Shown piece by piece: positions 43,970 to 53,138 of a stretch of 64,000 nucleotides of DNA. The notes under the pieces were generated by a model. It was not told the DNA's origin. It saw only the letters and a list, made by a program, of their open reading frames with translations, and searched no databases. The DNA comes from Gammaproteobacteria bacterium. GTDB taxonomy: Bacteria; Pseudomonadota; Gammaproteobacteria; Natronospirales; REEB76. Within the stretch, counting starts at the first letter, position 1. Each line of letters starts with the position of its first letter. Where the stretch lies: positions 460,436-524,435 of the forward strand of contig DASYGE010000012.1 in NCBI GenBank assembly GCA_036000105.1, in the 5' to 3' direction. The position numbers and the translations under genes are program-made.

Positions 43970-45912
43970 GCCAGTTTCAGGTATGCGCCGCGCCCGAACT
44001 CAGCGACGGTGCCGCCGTTGTTGAACTCGACGTGCGCTGGACCGAAGAGGTTCTGCAACAGGATCGAACAGTCGAGATGGCGTCCGATGCTCCAGCCGTA
44101 GCGTACATCTCCGGTCGTGTAGGCCGGTACCGCGGGATCCGGTAGGGCCGCCACATGGCGCAGGCTTACGTCGAGCTCCTGGCCGCCGGGGAGATCGAAA
44201 CTCGAACGCAGAGTCCATTCGCTCACCGGATCGTCGCCCTCGATGCTCACGCTGGCGGGCAGGGCGGCGCCGCTCGGGCTGCGACCCTCCCGCAAGGTGT
44301 TGAGGCTGGCGCTCAACCGCCAATAAGGCAGCGGTTGGTAACTGCCCCACATCTCCAAGCCGGTCTCACTGCCGGTCATGTCGTTGCCGAAAGTCAACGT
44401 GAGTGGTGCGATGGAGACCAGGTTCTCGGTGCGCAGGTGGAAGTAGTTGTAGTGATAGGCGGTCACTGAATAGGACCAGTCGCTACCCGGCTGCGCCCGA
44501 TAACCGAGTTCGTATACCCGCGCTGTCTCCGATTGGAAGTCCGGGTTGCCCACCAGGAAGAACGGCGGTTGTTCTGGGCTGAACGCGTCCACGTCCAATC
44601 GCGAGGGTGAACGCACCGCTCGCGAGACCGCGGCCCACAGCAAGCTGTCGGCAGTGGCGTTCCAGGCCAGGCGCAGGTTCGGCAGGGTCTCGGTACCCGT
44701 GTAAGGATTGTGTTCGAGCCGCGCACCAATGATCAGCCGCCAGGTCGGCGCCAGCCGCGCTTCGTCCTGGGCGAACAGGCTCGTCCAGGCCTGATCCACT
44801 TCGGCTGGGAGGAAAGCCGTCGTGGAACCGGGGAGGTTCTGCACATCGTCATGTGCGTAGCGGTAGCTCGCACCCCAGACGAGGTCCTGGTCATGCATCT
44901 CCGGCAGGGCTTGCTGCACTTCGATGTCCGCGATGTCCAGCTTCTCGCCCACATCCTCCGGCTGATAGATCGTGCTCCGATCGTAATAGGCCAGCAGGCT
45001 CACGTCCGAACCGCCCTCCAGTTTGTCGTCCAGGTGGCTCAGCAGGTTCATGCCCGTGAAGCGCGCTCTGCCCGGCGCGGCCTGGTCCGAGTTGCCCGCG
45101 TAAGCGTCGCCTTGCAGCGTGAATTGGCGATCTATGCCGTTCCAATCGGAGCGGAACCCGCCCTGGGAGAAGTTCGTCGAATCCGGTAGCGGCGCGCCGG
45201 AGGGTGCGGTGGAGTCGTAAGTATCGGACATCATGCCGTACACGCGGTAACTACCGCCGTCGTCCAGATCCGCGGCATAGCGGGCTGCGCCGTCCGCGCC
45301 CGGCCTGCCGCCGCCGGCAGTCACCAAGCCTCCCGCGGTATCTCCGGACTTCTTGGTGATGATGTTGATCACGCCGTTCACCGCGTTGGTGCCCCAGAGC
45401 GTGCCGCCGGGTCCGCTGATGACCTCGATGCGGTCGATGTTCTCCAGCATCAGGTTCTGCAGGTTCCAGAACACCCCCGAGAACAGCGGGCTGTACACGA
45501 TGCGCCCGTCTATGAGCACCAGGAGCTTGTCTGCGGAGGTGACGTCGCCGCCGCGGGCGCTGATGGCCCAGGTGTCCGCACCAGCCTGGGCCACCTGCAG
45601 ATTGGGGGCGAGGCGCAAGACTTCGGGGAGGTTGCGGGCGCCGGAACGCCGGATGTCGTCGGAGGTTATGACATACACCGATGCCGCCGCGTCCGCGAGG
45701 GGTTCGGATTTCTTCGACACCGAGGTGACCGGAAGATTGGCGAGTTGCTCGAGAGACAGGTCTGCGAGCCCGTTGTCCGGCTCGGGTGCTGCGCAGAGCT
45801 GCGGTGCATATGCGAAGAGAGACACAAGCGCGGCGAGCACGCCTTCGCGCACTCCGTAGCCGCGTCGCTGTCCCCCATTCCCTTTATTCCCTGGCATGCG
45901 TTCCATACACAC
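43957..45912 (-). CDS. TonB-dependent receptor (~650 aa)
   Basis: Plug-domain motifs (VYVITSDDIRRSGARNLPEVLRLAPNLQV, IDRIEVISGPGGTLWGTNAVNGVINIITK) and a beta-barrel C-terminus. Confidence 0.85.
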   Translation of the reverse strand: MCMERMPGNKGNGGQRRGYGVREGVLAALVSLFAYAPQLCAAPEPDNGLADLSLEQLANLPVTSVSKKSEPLADAAASVYVITSDDIRRSGARNLPEVLRLAPNLQVAQAGADTWAISARGGDVTSADKLLVLIDGRIVYSPLFSGVFWNLQNLMLENIDRIEVISGPGGTLWGTNAVNGVINIITKKSGDTAGGLVTAGGGRPGADGAARYAADLDDGGSYRVYGMMSDTYDSTAPSGAPLPDSTNFSQGGFRSDWNGIDRQFTLQGDAYAGNSDQAAPGRARFTGMNLLSHLDDKLEGGSDVSLLAYYDRSTIYQPEDVGEKLDIADIEVQQALPEMHDQDLVWGASYRYAHDDVQNLPGSTTAFLPAEVDQAWTSLFAQDEARLAPTWRLIIGARLEHNPYTGTETLPNLRLAWNATADSLLWAAVSRAVRSPSRLDVDAFSPEQPPFFLVGNPDFQSETARVYELGYRAQPGSDWSYSVTAYHYNYFHLRTENLVSIAPLTLTFGNDMTGSETGLEMWGSYQPLPYWRLSASLNTLREGRSPSGAALPASVSIEGDDPVSEWTLRSSFDLPGGQELDVSLRHVAALPDPAVPAYTTGDVRYGWSIGRHLDCSILLQNLFGPAHVEFNNGGTVAEFGRGAYLKLAWRP

Positions 45913-46208
45913 CTCTCATACCTATCCGCGGACGGGTGATCCACCCGGGTTTCCTTATCGAGATCGGATTGAAAATGAAGATCCAGTGCTCGGCACCCCC
46001 GCAACCTCGAGGGCCGCGTGAGCGGACCTTGAAGCTGCCGACGATAGATGGTGCAGGCGTCCTTTATTGTTAAATTATTTAGTCTATTAAATATAGTATA
46101 GGCGCGCCTGCTGTCAATTGGGCGCGTCTGCCGTGGGCCGGAGGGGATCCGGCTTGAAACTTACGGTTTGTGTCGGAGACGAGAAGTAAGTGTCGCTCGC
46201 GGCGAAGC

Positions 46209-48590
46209 TCAAGGGCTGAGCAGCACCTTGTCTATAGCCCACAGGCCTTGCTTGGGATCACCGGTGACGATGAAGCAGAGATCATGACTGCCACTGAAGG
46301 CGGGCAACTGCGCCGTGAGCTGGGTCTGGATCTCGGCGGCCTGCAGCGGCAGATGCGCCAGAGTCTGGCCTCCGCAGCTATCCAGGTGCACGTCCAGGGC
46401 CGGATAGCTTCCATCCATGGGACGCACCACCACGCCGCTCACATCGTGGGCCAGCTGATAGTTCCAGGGCAGCTTGCCGATACCGACGCTGAGATGCCGC
46501 ATGCCATCCACGGCCGCCGCCCGCCACAGCCAGCAAGTATCCATGATGTCCACCCGGTACACCGGACGAGTGCCCGTGAGCGGGCGCGGAGCTTCGATGC
46601 GCAGCACCAGTTTGTTGGAGCAGGTGTCCAGTGCATCGCTGTCGCGGGTGGTGAGGGCCGCGGCATCGATGTGCGCGTGGCGTGTCGCCAAGGGACTGCC
46701 GTCGGTGGCGAAGGCGGTGGCAGTGAGTTCCGCCGGCGGCGTCATGGTTAGAGGCGTGCTGTAGGGCGGTGATGAGGCCGTGACCGCCGTGTCGCCGATC
46801 GCGTAGCGGATGACGCCGCCCACCTGGTTGGAGAGGCTCACGCTGATCTTGCTGTCGCCCTCGGGGCTCAAGGTGAAGCGCGGCGCATAGGCGCTGTCTG
46901 CGTAGCCGATACCGAGGGCCTGGTAGCGCGTGAGTTCTGCCGGCAAGCGCGCGAGGAAACCATCCCAATCCCGGGCCGCTGCCGGTGACCAGGCGGCTTC
47001 GGCGAACGCCGCCATACGCGGGAAGAGCGCATGTTCATCCCGGGCGAAGGTCGGCATGTACTCGGTCCAGAGATTGATCTGCTCGCCCAGCACTTGGCCA
47101 GCGCCCGGCTTGCCGGTAGGCACCAGAGCGGGCTCGAAGCCATAGACGTCTTTGAGGCTCACCACCGGCGGCCGGCCCGGCGGCTCATCGTGGACGTCGC
47201 TCTGATAATCATCCATATAGAGGGTGGGTGAGTAGGCGATCACTACGTCGTGACCTTGTTGCAGGGCCTGGGCGGTGTAGTCGGGGCTTTGCCAGGCCAT
47301 GACGGCGGCTTGTGGCGGCAGACCTGGCGTCAGGATCCCGTCCCAGCCGATGAGCTTGCGCCCATGGGCCTGCAGATACCCGGCCATGTGGGTGATGAAC
47401 CAGCCCTGCAAGGCATCCTCGTCGGCGAGTTTGAGTCCACGCATCTGGGCCTGGATCGCGGCGGACGCTTTCCATTGATCCTTCAGCGCCTCGTCACCGC
47501 CCACATCTATATAGGTGGAGGGGAACACCGCCATGACCTCGTCCAGTACCTCCTGCAGGAATCCCAAGGTGGCGTCGTCGGTGTTGTAGAGGTAAGCGTG
47601 CACGCCCCAATCGGTGGAGACCGGCGGCTGCTGGCCGGTGACGCCGAACTCAGGATAGGCCGCGATGGCCGCCTGGGCGTGGCCCGGCATCTCGATCTCC
47701 GGCACCACCGTGACGTAACGCGCCGCTGCGTAGCGCACGATCTCCCGTGCCTGATCCTGGGTATAGGAACCGCAGTAGGGCTTGTCGGGCCCGCCGCTGA
47801 GAACCGCATCTGGCCCTATGGACTTGCGGCAGGCGCCGATGCGGGTGAGCTTGGGATACTTTTTGATCTGCAGGCGCCAGCCCTGGTCGTCGGTCAGATG
47901 CCACTGCAGCACGTTGAGTTTGTGCAGCGCCATCCAGTCGATGAGCTGCTCGATGTCCGCCACGCTCTGGAAGTGCCGCGCCGAATCCAGCAGCAGGCCG
48001 CGCCAGCCATAGCGCGGCTGATCTTCGATGCTCACATCCGGTATCACGGCCACGGGTCCCCGGCCGGCGGTAGGCGTCAGCAACTGCCAGAGCGTGACGC
48101 TGCCGTAGAACAAGCCGGTCGGCGTGGCCGCACTGATGCTTATGCCATCTTCGCTCACCTGCAGGCGGTAGCCTTCCGTCCCCAACTCCGTGCCATAGCT
48201 CTTCGAAAGCTCGAACCTGATGGGGGATGTATCGGGTGGACTGGCATGGGACACGCTCCGCGCCTTGGGCAGGTCCAGCTTCGAGAGCTTCAGGGTGCCA
48301 GGCGCCGCCTTAGACATGGGGGCCGCGGGTACGTGCAAGCGCAGGCCGCGGGTGCGCGCCACCAGTCCGGCGAAGTAAGCGGCGATGTCGTAAGCCCGGG
48401 GATCATCCGTCTGCACGTGCAGGCCATCGCCATCGTTCAACACGAACATGTTCTGCTGGCGCTGCACATGAGCGGGCATGGGTATCAGAGTGAGGGGCGC
48501 CGCTGCGGCATCATCCGCTCGGACGGGCGAACTGCTGAGCAGCGTGCAGCAGGCGAGCAAGAGAGTGGCTAGCAGACGCGCATCCATCAC
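46209..48590 (-). CDS. secreted GH20 beta-N-acetylhexosaminidase
   Basis: 793 aa with signal peptide. RYGWRGLLLDSARHF, LHKLNVLQWHLTDDQGWR and catalytic VGGDEA motifs. Confidence 0.9.
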   Translation of the reverse strand: MMDARLLATLLLACCTLLSSSPVRADDAAAAPLTLIPMPAHVQRQQNMFVLNDGDGLHVQTDDPRAYDIAAYFAGLVARTRGLRLHVPAAPMSKAAPGTLKLSKLDLPKARSVSHASPPDTSPIRFELSKSYGTELGTEGYRLQVSEDGISISAATPTGLFYGSVTLWQLLTPTAGRGPVAVIPDVSIEDQPRYGWRGLLLDSARHFQSVADIEQLIDWMALHKLNVLQWHLTDDQGWRLQIKKYPKLTRIGACRKSIGPDAVLSGGPDKPYCGSYTQDQAREIVRYAAARYVTVVPEIEMPGHAQAAIAAYPEFGVTGQQPPVSTDWGVHAYLYNTDDATLGFLQEVLDEVMAVFPSTYIDVGGDEALKDQWKASAAIQAQMRGLKLADEDALQGWFITHMAGYLQAHGRKLIGWDGILTPGLPPQAAVMAWQSPDYTAQALQQGHDVVIAYSPTLYMDDYQSDVHDEPPGRPPVVSLKDVYGFEPALVPTGKPGAGQVLGEQINLWTEYMPTFARDEHALFPRMAAFAEAAWSPAAARDWDGFLARLPAELTRYQALGIGYADSAYAPRFTLSPEGDSKISVSLSNQVGGVIRYAIGDTAVTASSPPYSTPLTMTPPAELTATAFATDGSPLATRHAHIDAAALTTRDSDALDTCSNKLVLRIEAPRPLTGTRPVYRVDIMDTCWLWRAAAVDGMRHLSVGIGKLPWNYQLAHDVSGVVVRPMDGSYPALDVHLDSCGGQTLAHLPLQAAEIQTQLTAQLPAFSGSHDLCFIVTGDPKQGLWAIDKVLLSP

Positions 48591-49735
48591 GCTCTATCCT
48601 GGCACTCGCCGCTTATCCAGGTCTCCTGGACGTGGAACGTGTCATCTATCAGCGTGAAGTCTGCGCGATAGCCCGTGGCGATGCGCCCGTGGCTCTTGCC
48701 GAGCCCCAGGAAATCCGCCGGATAGGTAGAAGCCATGCGAGCCGCTTCTTCCAGAGGCAGTCCCAGTAGCTCGACGCAGTTACGCACCGCATCGGTCATG
48801 CTGATCACGGAGCCTGCGAGCACGCCGTCCGCGGTGCGGGCGATGCCGTCCTGCACGGTGATGGTCTCGCCGTTCAGCACGAAGCTGGGTTCCGCGGCGC
48901 CCACCGGCGGCATGGCGTCAGTGACCAGGAACAGCTTGCCCCGGGGCTTCGCCGCCAGGGCCACTTTCAGGCTAGCGGGGTGCACGTGATGGCCGTCCAC
49001 GATGACGCCGCACCAGCTCTCGCGATCTTCCAGGGCCGCACCCACGGCACCGGGTTCGCGGCTCTGCAGCGGCGTCATGGCGTTATACAGATGGGTGAAG
49101 CCCCGCGCGCCGGCATCCAGGGCCCGGCGCACGCTTATATAGTCGCCGGCGGTATGGCCGATGGCGACGATAACCCCAGCTGCCACCAGGGTGCGCACTA
49201 TATCTGTGGGTACGCGCTCGGGGGCGAGGGTGATGAGCGTGCGCCCGCGCTTGAGAGACCCGGTCAGGGTTATCTCGGACGCGTCCGGCAGGCGCAGGGA
49301 GGATTCGTGGTGTACGCCCTTGCGGGCCGGGGCGATGTACGGGCCTTCTATATGGATGCCGAGCACCCCGGGCAGGCCTTCGGCCATGGCTGCATCCACC
49401 GCGCCGATGGCCTCGCGCATCACCTGGAAGCTATCGCTGATGAGGGTCGGCAGGAGACCGGTAGTGCCATAACGCCGGTGGGCGGCGACGATAGCGCGGA
49501 TGCCTTCCACCGTGGGCGTGGTGTTGAACAGCACGCCGCCGCCGCCGTTCACCTGACAATCGATGAAGCCCGGCAGCAAGGAGCCGCCCGCGAGATCGTG
49601 CTGCTCTGCCACGCGCACCCACGCATCCGACGCCGCGCAGACATCCGTGATACGGCCGCCTTCGATGAGCACCGCCGCGTCGTCCCGCCAGCCGCTTTGC
49701 GTCAGCACCCGTCCATTGATGAGAGCGGTGCTCAT
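48587..49735 (-). CDS. nagA: N-acetylglucosamine-6-phosphate deacetylase
   Basis: 382 aa. LLPGFIDCQVNGGGG metal site and HLYNAM motif. ATGA overlaps on both sides. Confidence 0.9.
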   Translation of the reverse strand: MSTALINGRVLTQSGWRDDAAVLIEGGRITDVCAASDAWVRVAEQHDLAGGSLLPGFIDCQVNGGGGVLFNTTPTVEGIRAIVAAHRRYGTTGLLPTLISDSFQVMREAIGAVDAAMAEGLPGVLGIHIEGPYIAPARKGVHHESSLRLPDASEITLTGSLKRGRTLITLAPERVPTDIVRTLVAAGVIVAIGHTAGDYISVRRALDAGARGFTHLYNAMTPLQSREPGAVGAALEDRESWCGVIVDGHHVHPASLKVALAAKPRGKLFLVTDAMPPVGAAEPSFVLNGETITVQDGIARTADGVLAGSVISMTDAVRNCVELLGLPLEEAARMASTYPADFLGLGKSHGRIATGYRADFTLIDDTFHVQETWISGECQDRA

Positions 49736-50796
49736 AGGGTCTTGGTCACCTTATTGAGATAGGGTGGCATGTCCGGATCGAGGCCCCGGGCGAGCGCGAG
49801 GGCGTTCACGGCCCGATAGAAACTCTGGGCCGCCAAGAGCGGCTCGCACAGGGGATGGGGCGCAGCGGCCAGGGGCAGGACATCCGCATGAGTGTCGCCC
49901 GGAGCCGCGGTCCACACCCGGGCGCCCCGGGCCCGGAATTCAGCGGCGGTCTCGAGAGCGCCCGCGAGCGTCGCATCGTGCTGGGCGAACAGCAGCATAG
50001 GGAAGCCCTGACCCACGATGGCCATGGGACCGTGCTTCACTTCCGCGGTGCTGAAGGCTTCCGCGTGCAGCCCGCAGGTCTCCTTGAGTTTGAGCGCAGC
50101 TTCCTGGGCGATACCGAGTCCGAGACCACGCCCCAGCACGAACATGCCCTTGGCTTGCGTGAGGCCCGTCACCAGGGGCGACCAATCCTGTGCGAAGGCG
50201 GCGCGCAGCGCGGCAGGGGTGGCCGAGAGGGCGGCCAGCAGTGCCGCGTCCTCTTTCCAGTGGGCCACCAGATGCAGGATGGCGGCGAGCGATCCCAGAT
50301 AGCTCTTGGTGGCCGGCACACTCTTCTCGATGCCCGCCCGCAAGGGGATCACCGTGTCCGCCACGGCGGCGAGTGGCGAATCGTCGGCGTTCACCAGCGC
50401 CACCACCAGCGCGCCGCCTGCCCGGGCCGCTTCGGCGGTGCGCACCAGGTCGGTGCTCCGGCCGGACTGGGAGATGACGAGGTACAAGGCGTCGCTCACG
50501 TCCTGCGGCACTTCATATAAGGAGCTGACCGAGAGGGAGGCAGAGGCGGTCACGAGGCCGAGCTCGGTCTCGATCAGGTATTTGGCGAAGGTGGCCGCAT
50601 GATCGGAGCTGCCCCGGGCGCAGGACACCACGAAGCGCGGCGGCTTCGCACGCAGGCGCCGGGCCAGGTCGCTCACCACCGCCTCGTTCTGGGCGAGCTG
50701 TCGCTCCACCGACACCGCGCCGTCGGCAGCTTCCTTGTACATCAGGCTGTGGTCGGGGGCGGTCATGGGTCCCTTGGAGTGCGGCTGCATGCTCAT
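49732..50796 (-). CDS. SIS-domain glucosamine-6-phosphate deaminase/isomerase (NagB-II type)
   Basis: Trimmed to MSMQPHSKG (ATGA overlap with the regulator gene). Two SIS domains (CARGSSDHAA, ISQSGRSTD). Sits next to nagA. Confidence 0.8.
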   Translation of the reverse strand: MSMQPHSKGPMTAPDHSLMYKEAADGAVSVERQLAQNEAVVSDLARRLRAKPPRFVVSCARGSSDHAATFAKYLIETELGLVTASASLSVSSLYEVPQDVSDALYLVISQSGRSTDLVRTAEAARAGGALVVALVNADDSPLAAVADTVIPLRAGIEKSVPATKSYLGSLAAILHLVAHWKEDAALLAALSATPAALRAAFAQDWSPLVTGLTQAKGMFVLGRGLGLGIAQEAALKLKETCGLHAEAFSTAEVKHGPMAIVGQGFPMLLFAQHDATLAGALETAAEFRARGARVWTAAPGDTHADVLPLAAAPHPLCEPLLAAQSFYRAVNALALARGLDPDMPPYLNKVTKTL

Positions 50797-51539
50797 TCGC
50801 CCTGGAGTTCGGCGACAAAATCGTAGGCATCGCCGCGGTACCAGGAGCAGGTGAATTCCACCAGGCGGCCGTCGGCCATGAAGCTGCGGCGCTCCACCGC
50901 GAGGGCGGCGCCGCCGGCCGCCACGTTCAGCATGCGTGCCTGGGCGATGCTGAGGTTCACCGCGCGCAAGCGCTGCAGCGCGCGCACCGGCCGGCAACCC
51001 AGGGCGTCCAGCGCTGCATAGAGGGAATCCTTCACCAGGTCTGGGTCTTTCAGGATGCTGTGGGGAATGGAGCTGCGTTCCACCGCCAGGGGTTCATCGC
51101 CGGCGAAGCGCAGCCGGTGCAGACGTACCACCAGGCTGCCCGGTGACAAATTCAGCGCCATGGCTTCTTCGGGCGTCACTTCCCCCACCTCGCGCTCCAG
51201 GAACACCGAGCGCGGATTCAGGCCGCGAGCCCGCAGGTCCTCGGTGAAGCTCGTGATCTTGGAGAGGGGTTTGATGATGCGTTCCGCCACGAAGGTGCCG
51301 GCGCCGCGACGCTGGATCAGCACACCGTCATCCACCAACCCCTCGATGGCCTTGCGTACCGTGACCCGCGAGAGATCCAGCAACTCCGCCATCTCGCGTT
51401 CGCTCGGCAGCGCGTGGCCCGGACCCATGGCACCGCTCTCTACCCGTCTGCGCAGCACGGTGCGCAGGCGCAGGTAGGCCGGGATGCGTTCATCGGTCGC
51501 GCTGGCGCGCCGGAATTCATTCACCAGGGTTGTATTCAT
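50793..51539 (-). CDS. nagQ: GntR/HutC family regulator of the GlcNAc operon (NagQ-like)
   Basis: N-terminal wHTH (LPSEREMAELLDLSRVTVRKAIEGL) plus a UTRA domain. First gene of the nagB-II/nagA/GH20 operon, with TGGTATT repeats upstream. Confidence 0.7.
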   Translation of the reverse strand: MNTTLVNEFRRASATDERIPAYLRLRTVLRRRVESGAMGPGHALPSEREMAELLDLSRVTVRKAIEGLVDDGVLIQRRGAGTFVAERIIKPLSKITSFTEDLRARGLNPRSVFLEREVGEVTPEEAMALNLSPGSLVVRLHRLRFAGDEPLAVERSSIPHSILKDPDLVKDSLYAALDALGCRPVRALQRLRAVNLSIAQARMLNVAAGGAALAVERRSFMADGRLVEFTCSWYRGDAYDFVAELQGE

Positions 51540-51551
51540 CGTATATATGTA

Positions 51552-51569
51552 GATACCAATTAAATACCA
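51552..51569. promoter_or_regulatory. candidate NagQ box 1 (minus-strand TGGTATT-taat-TGGTATC)
   Basis: GATACCAattaAATACCA read directly, 13 nt upstream of the nagQ start. Confidence 0.5.
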
Positions 51570-51611
51570 CTTTATGAAATTGACTAAGTTTAAAGGGGCC
51601 GTAGTCAGTAA

Positions 51612-51629
51612 AGGTATTATAGTGGTATT
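51612..51629. promoter_or_regulatory. candidate NagQ box 2 (AGGTATT-atag-TGGTATT)
   Basis: Read directly. Inverted relative to box 1 and ends 9 nt before the zwf GTG start. Confidence 0.5.
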
Positions 51630-51637
51630 CTTAGCTC

Positions 51638-53134
51638 GTGAATACCCACCCCCTCCCCATCCCGGTCTTCGACATCGTCATCTTCGGCTCCACAGGGGAC
51701 TTGGCCCTGCGCAAGCTCCTGCCCGCCCTGTTCCGGCTGTTCCTGGACGGACGGGTGCCAGCGGGCAGCCGCGTCCTGGGCGTCGCTCGGGAGCGGCAGA
51801 CGGATGCGGCATACCGTGCCGCGGTGGAGAGTGCTCTGCGTGTGGCCGTGGCCGATGCCCGTCAGGATGATCTGCAGAGGTTCCTCGGCAGCGTGAGCTA
51901 TCACGCCCTCGATGCGACCCAGGCTGAAGGTTGGGATGCGTTTGCCGCCGCCTGCAATACGGGTGACCAGCGGGTGCGGGTGTTCTATCTCTCCACCAGC
52001 CCCGCCTTGTTCGCGGACATCTGCCAGCAGTTGCATCGCCACGCACTCGATGGCCCAGGCTCCCGGGTGGTGGTGGAGAAGCCCATCGGCCGCGACCTCA
52101 AGAGCGCCATCGCCATCAACGATGCGGTGGGCAGGGTTTTCGACGAGCAGCGCATCTTCCGCATTGACCATTACCTGGGGAAGGAGACGGTGCAGAACCT
52201 GCTGGCGCTGCGTTTCGCCAATACCCTCTTCGAGCCGCTCTGGAATTCAGATCATATAGAGCACGTGCATATCACCGTGGCCGAGAGCATCGGCGTCGGC
52301 AAACGCGGCCCCTACTACGACGGCACCGGTGCCCTGCGGGACATGGTGCAGAACCACCTGCTGCAACTCCTGTGCATGGCCGCCATGGAACCGCCCTCAT
52401 CCCTGGATCCGGAAGCGGTGCGGGAGGAGAAACTCAAGGTGCTGCGCTCCTTGAAGCCCATACCCGCCGCCGAGGCGGCGCGGCTCAGCGTGCGCGGCCA
52501 GTACGTGGCCGGCACGGGTACGGAAGGCGCGATGCCGGGTTATCTTGAGGACATAGGCAAGGCCACCTCTGGCACCGAGTCCTTCGCCGCCGTGCGCGCC
52601 GAACTCGGTAATTGGCGCTGGGCCGGCGTGCCGTTCTATCTCTGCACCGGCAAGCGTCTCGCCGAGCGGGTCTCGGAGATCAGCGTGAGCTTCCGCTCCA
52701 TCCCCCATTCCATCTTCGCCGACGTGAGCGGCACCATCACGCCCAACCGTCTGGTGCTGCGCCTGCAGCCGGACGAGGGCGTGCATCTCTATCTCATGAG
52801 CAAGTATCCGGAATCCGACGGCCTGCACCTCAAACCCGTGTCGCTCAACATGAGCTTCGCGGATGCCTTCGGCGTGCGCCAGCTGGATGCCTACGAGCGG
52901 CTGCTGCTGGATGTGGTGCGGGGCAACCTCACCCTCTTCATGCACCGGGATGAGATCGAAGCGGCTTGGCGCTGGATAGATCCCATTGAAACAGCTTGGA
53001 GTAGCGCGACCGGCGGACCTGAGCCCTATGCAGCCGGCAGTTGGGGGCCAGCCTCAGCTGCGCCGTTCCTGTTGCGTGGGATATCGGGTGAGGGCGATTC
53101 GCCCTTGGGTGCCCCGGTGCGTAGCGGCGGCTGA
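51638..53134 (+). CDS. zwf: glucose-6-phosphate dehydrogenase
   Basis: 498 aa. IFGSTGDLALRKL NADP motif, RIDHYLGKE active site and EKPxG. GTG start. Confidence 0.9.
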   Translation: MNTHPLPIPVFDIVIFGSTGDLALRKLLPALFRLFLDGRVPAGSRVLGVARERQTDAAYRAAVESALRVAVADARQDDLQRFLGSVSYHALDATQAEGWDAFAAACNTGDQRVRVFYLSTSPALFADICQQLHRHALDGPGSRVVVEKPIGRDLKSAIAINDAVGRVFDEQRIFRIDHYLGKETVQNLLALRFANTLFEPLWNSDHIEHVHITVAESIGVGKRGPYYDGTGALRDMVQNHLLQLLCMAAMEPPSSLDPEAVREEKLKVLRSLKPIPAAEAARLSVRGQYVAGTGTEGAMPGYLEDIGKATSGTESFAAVRAELGNWRWAGVPFYLCTGKRLAERVSEISVSFRSIPHSIFADVSGTITPNRLVLRLQPDEGVHLYLMSKYPESDGLHLKPVSLNMSFADAFGVRQLDAYERLLLDVVRGNLTLFMHRDEIEAAWRWIDPIETAWSSATGGPEPYAAGSWGPASAAPFLLRGISGEGDSPLGAPVRSGG

Positions 53135-53138
53135 AGCT

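Noticed and set aside
49732-50997. N-terminal extensions of track ORFs. Examples: 1561-2790, 9189-10151, 12658-13464, 16018-16431, 24938-27049, 33000-33977, 33965-34834, 40563-41258, 49732-50997, 54265-55662, 55922-56938.
   Set aside because: The extensions are Arg/Pro-rich and overlap neighbouring genes or promoters. Internal starts give canonical N-termini, signal peptides, RBSs or 4-nt coupling overlaps, so the starts were trimmed.
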